Shown: positions 9,201 to 18,731, counted from the stretch's first letter. The stretch: DNA of 64,000 nt from Podarcis muralis (GCF_964188315.1 NC_135669.1:29202001-29266000), one strand, 5' to 3'. A program made the numbers and translations. Notes: generated from the sequence alone by a model not told the origin.

Positions 9201-12151
9201 GAACCAGATACAAATCTCTTCTAATGTTCTTAGCAGCCAATGTCACACTCACACCTATCAAGGAGAATTGTACCCAAAGTTGGCTACATCATTTTGACCA
9301 GAAAGTTCCACAATCACCTTGACCTGGGAGTAAAAACACAATAATTATAAATTAAAAAGTAACAGGGTAGCTGCCCTTTCAAGACGACACCCTATATTAG
9401 CTGCCTCATTCAAATTAATAACGGTCAGATACTGAACAGCTCAGTTCGTTAGAGTATGGTGCTGATATTGCCATGGTTGCAGGTTTGATCCCTTTGTGGG
9501 ACAACTGTTTATTCCCGCATTGCAAAGGGTTGGGCCAGATGATCCTTCCAACTCTACAATTATATGATTCTATTATTCTCTTCCATGTTCAGCTAAGCTA
9601 GTTTTAGAGAACAGATGCAACTTTGGGGTCCATCTTTGTCCTGCATATTTCATCCTTTAAGAAAGCAAAAATTGGCCTGGCTTGGGTGGCCTGGAATAGA
9701 AAAGGCTGCCGTTTATTTTGGCCCAGCGAAGGGCCAAAGCATCCTGCCGGGCGCTGTCCCCTGAAGTCCCACGTGGGAAAGTGAGCTTGTGGATTTGTCT
9801 GGTGGGCTGCCCCCACCTCCTTTTAGCCGGAGGAAGAGGCTGTGTTTACTGGGGAGGGATGGCATTCTTTGCTTTGTGAAGATGATAGTTTCTCAACTGC
9901 TAAAACCACTTTGTGTAAAGAGATACCCTCTCCCGCCATGTTAACAAAAGCTAAGAATAAGTCAGCAGGAGGAGCCTTTCTAAAACTCATTTCTTAAACG
10001 CTTTCTTGGAATGGGGAAGATTATAGGATGCCGCTTAAAAGAGTTACATGATATCTCCTCGTGCAAAAATAGCAAAACCGTTTCTAAAAAGGACACGTTG
10101 AGGCTGTTGTATAAATGGCAGTTTTTAAAAATAACATACCCAAGGAATGTCCAGTGAAATCCTGCTTGTTTGACTCTGTGGGTTACACCACAGAGGTTGT
10201 TTTAGCCTCCTGATGTAGGGGGGAGAATCTGGGTCAGTAGGCAACTCAGATTTTGGCTATCAATAGAGACCCTTTCTGTGGCACTTTCTCACCTTGAAAT
10301 GCAGTGAGAAGCAGCCATGGGTGTCCTGACCCCTTTGTGGAGCAGAGGGTCTTGCAACCAAGCCTCATTCAAACAGACCCACAGAGGAGGAGGAGAGCCT
10401 GGCAATATCTCCCAGGCTCATGAATGAAGGCCCACAACAGGAAACGTGACTGGGATGAAAATGAAACCCTTTAATGGGGTCCGGAGGCTCTGGGATCTGA
10501 AGCATTTGTATATCTGAAGTGAGCCAAAGAAGAAAAGGGTTGCTGGGAATGCTCTCAGACCGTCCAAGTGTCCCTATTTTCCAGGGAGGTCCCTGATTCC
10601 AGATTTGATCCTGGAATGTCCCACTTTTCCTTAGGATATCCCTATTTTCACTGGAGAACTGTTGAAGGGTATGGCGCTATCCGACCCCGGAGCTGTCTGA
10701 AGGCAATCTTATATAATGTTTAATGTTTTTTTATGCTGTTATATATATTGGAAGCTGCCCAGAGTGGCTGGGGCAACCCAGTAAGAAGTGTGGGGTATAA
10801 ATAGTAAAATTATCATTGTGGAATGGGACATCCCTATTTTCATGAGAGAAATGTTGGAGGGTATGTGCTCTGGGAGGCCTGGCATCAACATATTGGGGGT
10901 GGCCAGTGCCACAGGGATCCCCAAGCCTGTCCCCATCCCACTTCAAACACTCTTGTGCCTTGAAAAGCATTCCTTTGGGAAGAAGCTGGGTGCTGCTGCT
11001 CCTGCAATCCCAGGCCTGCTTTGGGACTCAGTTAGCCGTCCTCCTGGTTAAACAGGCACAGGACTGGGCTGCATCCATTTCTAAATTTGTGGCCCAGATT
11101 TTGTAGAAACCTCCCTCTCATTAGATGAGGAACCATTGATGAGAAATACACTTTTTTTGGTTGAGGGGTGATTCCCAATCAGCTGTGAATCCACCTGGTG
11201 GTGCTATCACGTAACCCACATTTAAGCAAAATATCCAGTGCTTTACTGAATATAAGATAAATTGTACCCACAGCAACACCCCCCCAACAACAGTCCACTA
11301 GGACAGGAAATCAAAAGGCAATATTTGTAAAGATTTATCCTTGTCAGAACCATACCTTCTACTCATCACTGCAATTTTATCTAGATGCTTCCAAGCTGAC
11401 CCCTTTCATATCTTTCCTAGTCTAAGCTAGACAGGTCATATTTCCCAAATTCTCCCTTTGCAAAAACATACGAAATTTTGATCTCTCTAACCTTCTCTTA
11501 ATCATCAGAGATTCTGAGAGTACAGTGGTACCTCGGGTTACATACGCTTCAGCTTACATACGCTTCAGGTTACAGACTCTACTAACCCAGCAATATTACC
11601 TCGGGTTAAGAACTTTGTTTCAGGATGAGAACAGAAATCGTGCGGCGGTGGCGCGGCGGCAGCAGGAGGCCCCATTAGCTAAAGTGGTGCTTCAGGTTAA
11701 GAACAGTTTCAGGAACGAATTAAGTACGTAACCAGAGGTACCACTGTACATCAGTCCCTTTATGGATACAGTTGGCCCTGAAGCCTTCAATTCATTTTAG
11801 CTGACTACCTGTTCCTGGCAACTGACCACTCTGCCTCCAACTGTGGAGGCAGAACATGGGCACCTTGGCTAGTAGCCATCAATAGCCCTCTTCTCCATGA
11901 ATTTGCCTAATCATCTTTTTAAAGCCATTTAGGTTCTGCAGTTTAACTATTCCTGCCAGCAAGAAGTTGCTACTTACAAGAATGATCAGCTCCTCTGGTT
12001 TTTCCTTCATCCACTGCTGAAGGGTTTCTGTGGTGACCACCTCCACACCTGGGAACAGCCCTTTTACCCATTTTATCACCCAGGACCTCTTTTCTGATAG
12101 GTCTGTGATGCCTGCAGCCTCAATTTCCTTTAATAGCTGGTCTGCCATCAT
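3257..12151 (-). CDS. Uncharacterised single-domain rhodanese (sulfurtransferase-like) protein, 187 aa; coding exons 12151-11978, 4610-4502, 3537-3257; probable non-coding exon 1 ending at 14555
   Basis: GT-AG exons in compatible phases (0, 1) give MMADQLLKEI...EELIIL/DTRTSAEFDISHLPGAILVP...RLAP/GREEEGPSKPIICYCTVGYRSSMAAQLL...IYNVCGGLVVWAVERR...VVHPYSPSWAKLLEPEFRAEI*. Contains the rhodanese D-x-R...H-L-P-G-A motif, a CxxGxR active-site loop and the [ND]-[VL]-x-G-G-x-x-x-W motif. An in-frame TAG lies just upstream of the ATG. Confidence 0.88.
4262..4340 (+). mobile_element. L2-type LINE 3' tail remnant
   Basis: gttagctgccctgatcc...ggggtataaataaaa(tat)n, the same terminus as the L2 copies at 43204-43273 and 55760-55857. 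Confidence 0.6.
4690..5256 (+). mobile_element. CR1 LINE 3' fragment, interrupted by a MITE at 4922-5070
   Basis: CR1 ORF2 C-terminal sequence and 3'UTR (gggttggactagatg...cccttcc.actcta...gattc); the two halves are colinear across the MITE. Confidence 0.85.
4922..5070. mobile_element. hAT-type MITE (149 bp)
   Basis: 15-bp TIR C(G/A)GTGCTTTTTTTCT; 8-bp TSD GTAAGTGC/GTAAGAGC (4914-4921, 5071-5078). Confidence 0.85.
6001..6200 (+). mobile_element. MIR/Squam3-like SINE, diverged
   Basis: Degenerate tRNA head (gttcgatcccc), ctctctcagcctaaccaacctcac core, ggtagaaatgaagtaaaatgaatgaa tail. Confidence 0.6.
6420..6610 (+). mobile_element. CR1 LINE 3' end
   Basis: Matches 5071-5256 (gagaggttggatggccat...ggactagatga...ccaactctacaatt). 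Confidence 0.75.
6930..7245 (+). mobile_element. CR1 LINE 3' fragment (second family)
   Basis: ctgtggaactccctccctcaggaggcggtgatggccaccaacctggatggc...gacaaattcatggag motif, repeated many times in the window. Confidence 0.75.
8999..9134. mobile_element. hAT-type palindromic MITE (136 bp) inserted in a CR1 3'UTR
   Basis: About 56-bp terminal inverted repeat starting CAGTGTTCCCCAACCTTGGG (2 mismatches); perfect 8-bp TSD CTTTAGGG (8991-8998, 9135-9142). Confidence 0.92.
9431..9578 (+). mobile_element. tRNA-Ile-derived SINE with CR1-like 3' tail
   Basis: Head agctcagttcgttagagtatggtgctgatattgccatggttgcaggtttgatccc resembles tRNA-Ile; tail cattgcaaagggttgggccagatga...ccttccaactcta...gattctatt matches the CR1 termini in this window. 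Confidence 0.7.
10556..10865. mobile_element. Composite non-autonomous DNA element with duplicated right end and a captured LINE tail
   Basis: Imperfect 12-bp TIR (CAGACCGTCCAA vs CATACCCTCCAA); flanking TGCTCT direct repeat (10550-10555, 10866-10871); right-end motif ATCCCTATTTTCA...GGGTATG present twice. Confidence 0.6.
11523..11746. mobile_element. Tc1/mariner (Tigger/pogo-like) MITE
   Basis: TIR CAGTGGTACCTC...GAGGTACCACTG with TA TSD; same family as 54437-54678. Confidence 0.9.
11760..11975 (-). mobile_element. CR1 LINE 3' fragment
   Basis: ctgcctccaactgtggaggcagaac...ccatgaatttgcctaatc...aaagcc, the reverse of the recurrent CR1 3' motif; ends adjacent to the donor of the first rhodanese coding exon. 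Confidence 0.65.
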
Positions 12152-12689
12152 CAGGACCTAGAGCTCTGAAGGAAACGTGGAAAGCGGGTGCCAGCAGGAG
12201 ACTTTTGACTGGGTGGCTCCAGAATAGTTAAGAGATCACGTGGAATTTATGGGACCAGCCTTGGCAAATAGAGCAACACAAGCTTTTCACAACATTGAGG
12301 GCATTTTGCGGGGGAATTCAAAAGGTGGCCCAAACAAGTCTGATATTTTTAGCAAATATGCCAGTAAAATATGATAGTTTGGTGTGTCTGAACCTTGTTC
12401 CCTACTGCTGTGCCCTCAAATTTGGACCTTCCCCCTCCCCCTTGGCAGACACAGCCTGAAACTTAGGTGAGGTGAAACATTAAATGCAAAGGGAGGAGGC
12501 ACCAATGATAAAACTTTAACTTTGCTTTCCGGTATCAAAATCCCTGTGCCCTTTGAACACTTCAAAACCAGAGATGGGAGCCACGAGGCGGGGAAAGCAG
12601 GATCCAAATCATGAGGTAGAATAAATAAAACCTCTGCAAAGGAAAGTGAGATCTGAGCACAAGAACTTCTCCAAGTGTGGAGGCAGAGC

Positions 12690-12890
12690 ATAGCTACTGA
12701 CAGCCTTTATCCATGAATTTGTTTAATCCTATTTTGAAGTCATCTAGGTTGATGGCCATCACTGCCTCCTGTGGGAGTGAGTTCCACAGTTTAACTTTGA
12801 GCTGCACGACATACTCTCCAACATTCCTCAGCAGAATTACTTTCTTTTACCTGTCCTGAATCTTCCAAAGCCCAGCTTCATTGGATGTCC
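12690..12890 (-). mobile_element. CR1 LINE 3' fragment
   Basis: gatggccatcactgcctcctgtgggagtgagttccacagtttaac...tcctgaatcttcc motif. Confidence 0.7.
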
Positions 12891-12939
12891 ACTTTGCTAT
12901 CATCCGTTCATTAACCCACCCTTCCTCCAAGCAGCTCAG

Positions 12940-13080
12940 GATAATCCACATGGTCCTCTTCCCCATTTTATCCTCACAACAACCTTGTGAGGATGGCAAG
13001 GCTGAGAGAGTGTGTGACCGAATGTCACCCAGGGAGCTTCATGACTGAGTGGTGATTTGAAGCTGGACTTCCAAAACTCC
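12940..13080 (-). mobile_element. MIR/Squam3-like SINE fragment
   Basis: ttttatcctcacaacaaccttgtgagg...gctgagagag...gcttcatgactgagtgg, the reverse of the SINE core. Confidence 0.6.
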
Positions 13081-13368
13081 TGACAAAAAACTCTTCCTAC
13101 AGGGATGCAGTGTGAACAGCATTGCAATGGGGACCACCTGTTTATGGAGCACTCATCCTGATTTGTTTGCATTGTGGCATCTGCTTGGCCCCTGTGAGAA
13201 CTTAATGCTGGACTAGATGGGCTATTGGTCTGATTCAGCAGGCTGTTCTTATGACCCGGAATTAGGATCCCTGCTTGAGAGCTCTACAGAGCCTTGCAAA
13301 TAGAAGCATTTCAGTTACTGGCAGCTGTGTGGAGCAGGCTTGTGGCATTGGACCTAACCCTGACTTTA

Positions 13369-13731
13369 AAGGTAAAAAGGTAAAGGTACCCCTGCCCGTA
13401 CGGGCCAGTCTTGACAGACTCTAGGGTTGTGCGCCCATCTCACTCAAGAGGCCGGGGGCCAGCGCTGTCCGCAGACACTTCCGGGTCACGTGGCCAGTGT
13501 GACAAGCTGCATCTGGCGAGCCAGCGCAGCACACGGAACGCCGTTTACCTTCCCGCTAGTAAGCGGTCCCTATTTATCTACTTGCACCGGGGGTGCTTTC
13601 GAACTGCTAGGTTGGCAGGCGCTGGGACCGAGCGACGGGAGCGCACCCCGCCGCGGGGATTCGAACCGCCGACCTTTCGATCGGCAAGTCCTAGGCGCTG
13701 AGGCTTTAACCCACAGCGCCACCCGCGTCCC
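13369..13731 (-). mobile_element. Sauria SINE (subfamily B), full length
   Basis: Reverse complement starts GGGACGCGGGTGGCGCTGTGGG, has a B-box GGTTCGAATCC and an (ACCTTT)n tail; 13-bp TSD AACCCTGACTTTA (13356-13368, 13735-13747). Confidence 0.93.
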
Positions 13732-14177
13732 TACAACCCTGACTTTAGCAGAGAGTTAAGCCTGCCTGACTACTGAATCACAGATGTATGATCTCCCTTC
13801 TTTATTTTTGAACTGGGTTGGGCCTTCAAAGAGAGGGCTGTCCTCATTGCTGGAAGGCATCTGGCCACCCTGTTATCCTCACCATAATAGGCTCCTGGAA
13901 CTCCCTGCCACAAGGTACTACAATGATCACTAGCATGAAAAGGCTGTTATTTTAACAATCTGGACTCCTACTGGACTACTGTTATTTTTCTTTTAGAGGC
14001 CTTAGCATGTGGGACACAGATCAGCCAACTAGAAACATATTTTACCCCTTCTGTGCCTCCTACCCATATTTTTTCCTGGTGTCACCACTGTTCATGGAGC
14101 TGGGGAGGCATTTTCCTGGCACTGTTACAGGTGCTGCATAACGCCCTGCTCTGCATTTGTAAGGAATTCTCTTAGTG

Positions 14178-14425
14178 TTGCAGCACCTTTGCACTTTGGA
14201 ACTCCCTGCCTATTGAAATCAGGCAGGTGCCTTCACTGTACTCTTTCCGCCTACTAAAAACATTTTTCCTTTAGGCAAGCCTGTCCAGATGTAGCGAGAA
14301 TGCTGACGTGCTTTCGGTTCATTGCTGGTTTTTAATATTTTTTATGTTGTAATTGTTTTTTACTAAGAATCTTACTTTTTTTGTAAACTGCTTTGAGTTG
14401 GTTTTTTAAATAAATAAATAAAAGT
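14178..14425 (+). mobile_element. L2-type LINE 3' fragment
   Basis: tggaactccctgcctattgaaatcaggcagg...ttgtaaactgctttgag...aaataaataaa; related reverse-strand copies near 50190-50460 and 53490-53760. Confidence 0.6.
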
Positions 14426-14554
14426 AGCACATTAATTTTATGAAATAAACAAATACATGCATATTCCATGGAACAAGCAACAGCCATAGCCACAGCCTGC
14501 CCCGCCCCTAATTCGACCCTCCCTTTTGGGACCTTCGCCAGGCCCAGAGCATAC

Positions 14555-14960
14555 CCGTTGCCACGGCAACAGCGACATGCCGCCTCCGCCGCCCCAGAGT
14601 TTCCCAAAACGCACCGCGGCCGAGCTACGCTGCGCATGCGCAGCTGCTGCCGCTGCCGCCGCCGCTATCGCCGCCATATTGCTGTTCTGGTGGTGAAGCC
14701 GTGGAAGCAGCTGTCGTCGTTATGGAGAGTGGTGAGTGTTTGAGCGGGGGGCGAGGAGGGAACCTGGGCCGGGCGGGGTCTCCCCTCGGCTGGAAAGGCC
14801 TCCGTTGGCTAGTCAGCGCATTTAAACCCAAGCCATGCAAAAAAAAGGTCGCGCTGTTCACTTGCGGAACTCGCTGCTGCGATGTGCGTGGGGTAGCCCA
14901 CGGCAGGGAGACGGCCACGGCCATTCAAAGACTGTTGGGCATGAGGGGAAGTCTGGAAGC
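14555..14960. promoter_or_regulatory. CpG-island bidirectional promoter, rhodanese gene (-) / MED31 (+)
   Basis: CpG-rich; X-box GTTGCCACGGCAAC 14557-14570; 16-bp palindrome GCTGCGCATGCGCAGC (NRF1 motif) 14629-14644; YY1-type CGCCATATTG 14672-14681; minus-strand donor CGG|GTATGC at 14555/14554. Confidence 0.8.
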
Positions 14961-17900
14961 TCCTCTGAATGCTAGTTATTGCTGCATGAGGGGACGGCCT
15001 ACCCGCATCCCTCCCTCCCTGGCCTTTTGGACCTCCCAGCTGGCCACAAAAGCCTCGACATAACCCCCCCTCTCACACACACTTTGGCCTGGTTCCCAGA
15101 AACCATCCTCCTCTGCCCGCTTTGAGAGCTGGGAGTGGAGCCTCCATGTGGAGTTGGAGCCTATCTCTGAATGGCAGGGGCTAGGGAGAGCTCTGCTTGG
15201 GGGCTTCTGGGAGACACCTCCCTTGCCACCAGATGTTAGAATCTGCAGGAGGGGCGAGTGCTCTTGTGCCCAGGTCCTGCTTGTGGATTTCTCACAGGCT
15301 TCTGGTTGGACATTGTGAGAACGGGATGTTGGAGTAGATGGGCCATTGACCTGATCCAGCAGGCTCTTCTGATGTTCTAAGCATTTGGCAACAGGCTCTT
15401 TTTCAAATTTCTGGGCAGGGATAGCACTTGGGGATCCTAAACCTTTTTCGAGCTCTGTCCCACACTGAGCGACATCAGGTGGTGCATTTTCATTACTTGT
15501 CTAATTCCACTCGCCTTTCTTCTCCTGTTTGCTGCATCAGATGATACTGGAAATCGCCTTCGCTTCCAGCTGGAGTTGGAGTTTGTGCAGTGCCTGGCAA
15601 ACCCCAATTACCTAAACTGTAAGTACAGTCATACCTTGGGTTAAATATGCTTCAGGTTGAGCGTTTTCAGGTTATGCTCTGCGGCGACCTGGAAGTAACG
15701 GAACGCATTACTTCCGGGTTTCGCCGCTCATGTACGCGCAGACGCTCAAAATGACGTCACGCGCATGCGTGGTGAAACGCGACCCGCAGTCGCGTGTTAC
15801 GTTCTACTCAGGATGCGAACGGGGCTCCGGATCGGATCCCGTTCTCATCCAGAGGTACCACTGTACTCAAAACAAATCCTTGGTTAGTGCTAAAGGGCAT
15901 ATGGGGGGCCCTTCAGAAGTTGTTAGATTCTGCCTCCCACCAGCCCTTGCCAACATGCCAGTGGACAGGGATTATGGGAGTTGTAGTCCAGGAACATGTG
16001 GAGCACCTCCCCCCACAACCGCAGGTTCCATGTCCCTGTCCCGTTAAACAAATGTTCACTAACGCAGAATATTTTAAAATTAATGAGAAAGGAAGGGGCA
16101 AACTAACAACTTGGGACTGGTTTACCTACAAGATTGCCTTACCTCACATGTGCTCAGTTGACCCCTTCAATTGGCAGAATTGACACTATTGCAGATGCCA
16201 CATAATGCACACACTGCATTTGTGGGTTCAGCATGATGCGCATGTGAGCGGTCACATACACATTAAACATGCATAAATGGGGGGGGGGGGGAGAGTTCCT
16301 GTAAGTTTAATCAGTTTCAGTATTTTGACTTTTGTATGTTTTCAAGTGAAATTTTCTCGATTTAATCTTTTTCCCCTTGATTCTTTTTTTTAAAAAAACT
16401 GCTTTGAGGTATTATTATTTTTTACAATAAAGCAGTATATAAAGTTTATAAAATAAATACATAAAGTTCCAGCAACTTCTGCAGCCAAGCTGGTGCCAAA
16501 CATATTCTGCTTTCCTTTGGACCACATCAGTGAGGCTGAGAGTGGGGTCTTGTCGTCTGGGCAGCAGAGAACTGCCATACACCCCGCCTAGGTTTGCACA
16601 CCATGGAAGGTCACTTCAGTACTGCTAATGCAGCAATTTGACTTACCCTCAGAGATTCACTACATTTGTCTCTCAAGACAGACGGATGCCAACAAGATTT
16701 TTGTTTTATTTATTCGCATGATTTGGGAAAGACCCACTAAACAGATTAGAGAATATAAAACATACAGGAAAACCCAAGTAAAAACAGTTATGGCTAAGAT
16801 GGTTGAAATTAGAAAGCACTAGATGCATCCTTGACCAGATCCAGCAAAGGTGTTCTCAGTTTTCTGTAACAGCTTCAGTCTTTGTGTGACTTTATGGCTA
16901 AAATATAGGCTACGCATTTGCAGGAGTGTTTTGTGTATAGTTAAAGTTTATTCTGGTTGTACATCCTCTTTCCCCACATCTGTAGAATGGGAATAATGGT
17001 GACTAACTGCAGATTGCTGTGAGGATAAACAGGGAAAATCCACTTTTAAGTAAACTGATTTGTGTGTTTCTTCTAGTTCTTGCCCAGAGAGGATTCTTCA
17101 AGGACAAAGCATTCGTTAACTACCTTAAATACCTGCTCTACTGGAAAGAACCAGAGTATGCCAAATACCTAAAGTAAGAGTTACGATTGTGTATCTTGCT
17201 GTGTTAAACAAGCTTGGGGCTTATTTGGCTATCTGAAAAAACCCTATGAGTAGCCCTCTGAACTCTGCAGTGGTTTTGAAGGGTAGGGATTGTGTGTCAG
17301 AGGCCTGACAAGTCATTGTCCCAAACTGCCACAACCTTTCTGGGGCCTGTACTATGTCATTTTTTCCTGAGTTCATAGATCTGGTTTTTGATTGTTACAA
17401 GTGGCGCACAAGACTCAAGGGTTTTCTGTCTATCCATCACTTGCTCAAAGTACAAATGTGTGCACCACCCCCTTTAATGCATGACAGAGTTGAAAAAAAT
17501 TGCTCAGTGTACTGAGCTGGAATTTATACCAGTGCCCTGAGAGAGTCTCCAAGTCAGTGAGCTAAAGGCAGATCAGTCTGCATGACATGTGAGGAAAAGG
17601 ACTCTTGTATTTACATTAATTTTATCATGAGGCAGATAAAAAAAGATGCTTGGAAAAATAATTGGCTAAAAAATCCAGTTACATTATGTGTCCTTTAATA
17701 TAGGTAAAAGGTAAAGGTACCCCTGCCCGTACGGGCCAGTCTTGACAGACTCTAGGGTTGTGCGCCCATCTCACTCAAGAGGCCGAGGGCCAGCGCTGTC
17801 CGGAGACACTTCCAGGTCACGTGGCCAGTGTGACATCGCTGCTCTGGCGAGCCAGAGCCGCACACGGAAACGCCGTTTACCTTCCCGCTAGTAAGCGGTC

Positions 17901-18731
17901 CCTATTTATCTACTTGCACCCGGGGGTGCTTTCGAACTGCTAGGTTGGCAGGCGCTGGGACCGAACAACGGGAGCGCACCCCGCCGCGGGGATTTGAACC
18001 GCCGACCTTTCGATCGGCAAGCCCTAGGCGCTGAGGCTTTTACCCACAGCGCCACCCGCGTCCCCCGTCCTTTAATATAACTTGGTCTAAAATGGTATCT
18101 GAATATAACATAGATAAACATGTGAAAAGTCTACACTCATAATCTCTTAAATGGGTTCAGTTTAGACACTCTTCCCAATAGCGGTTTCTAGAAGGCAAGT
18201 GCCAGACCAGACTTTGCATATTTGGACATTCCGACAAACTTTGGGTAGCTGAAAAATGTAAATGGAAAGTATAGCTGTTTGGGAGGGTGGTCGGGGCACT
18301 TTTGATGTGTTTATAAGCTCTCTGTCCTTGCTTCCCAAGCAAGAACCTATCTATGCGCCGACTATGCATTTATCTTGTAAGATTTCAACCAACCAGACTT
18401 CAACTGTGTATGATTGCAATTGTGCATATTAAATGCACATAAGACATGATCATACTGTATTTGTCTGGCAGTCCAGATGTGTTTTAAAAGCCTCTGCTAA
18501 TGTATTGCCCTTCTTTTGTCGCGAAGGTATCCCCAGTGCCTGCACATGCTGGAGCTGCTGCAGTATGAGCACTTCCGCAAAGAGCTGGTCAATGCCCAGT
18601 GCGCCAAGTTCATCGATGAGCAGCAGATCCTGCACTGGCAGCACTACTCTCGCAAGCGCATGCGCCTCCAGCAGGCCCTGGCAGAGCAGCAGCAGCAACA
18701 ACAGCAGCAGAACAGCACCTCTGTGAAGTGA
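14722..18731 (+). CDS. MED31: Mediator complex subunit 31, 129 aa; exons 14722-14731, 15541-15618, 17077-17173, 18527-18731
   Basis: Spliced translation MESDDTGNRLRFQLELEFVQCLANPNYLNFLAQRGFFKDKAFVNYLKYLLYWKEPEYAKYLKYPQCLHMLELLQYEHFRKELVNAQCAKFIDEQQILHWQHYSRKRMRLQQALAEQ8NSTSVK is near-identical to vertebrate MED31; GT-AG junctions in phases 1, 1, 2. Confidence 0.98.
15626..15863. mobile_element. Tc1/mariner MITE inserted at +6/+7 of the MED31 intron 2 donor
   Basis: Ends CAGTCATACCT... and ...AGGTACCACTG flanked by TA (15624-15625, 15864-15865). Confidence 0.85.
17703..18064 (-). mobile_element. Sauria SINE (subfamily B), full length, in MED31 intron 3
   Basis: Near-identical to 13369-13731 and 42830-43188; 13-bp TSD GTCCTTTAATATA (17690-17702, 18067-18079). 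Confidence 0.93.

Noticed and set aside
3257-12151. Bacterial contamination or recent HGT as the explanation for the bacterial-like rhodanese
   Set aside because: The gene has canonical spliceosomal introns filled with host repeats and shares a host CpG promoter; any transfer would have to be ancient.
3257-12151. Assigning the symbol TSTD3 or TSTD1
   Set aside because: The sequence does not resemble those proteins as I recall them (different active-site loop, N- and C-termini), and the locus differs.
13369-13731. Recurring ~350-bp near-identical sequences and their ORFs (e.g. MCAHLTQEA…)
   Set aside because: Dispersed SINE copies with TSDs, not a CRISPR array or a gene family; the ORFs are incidental.
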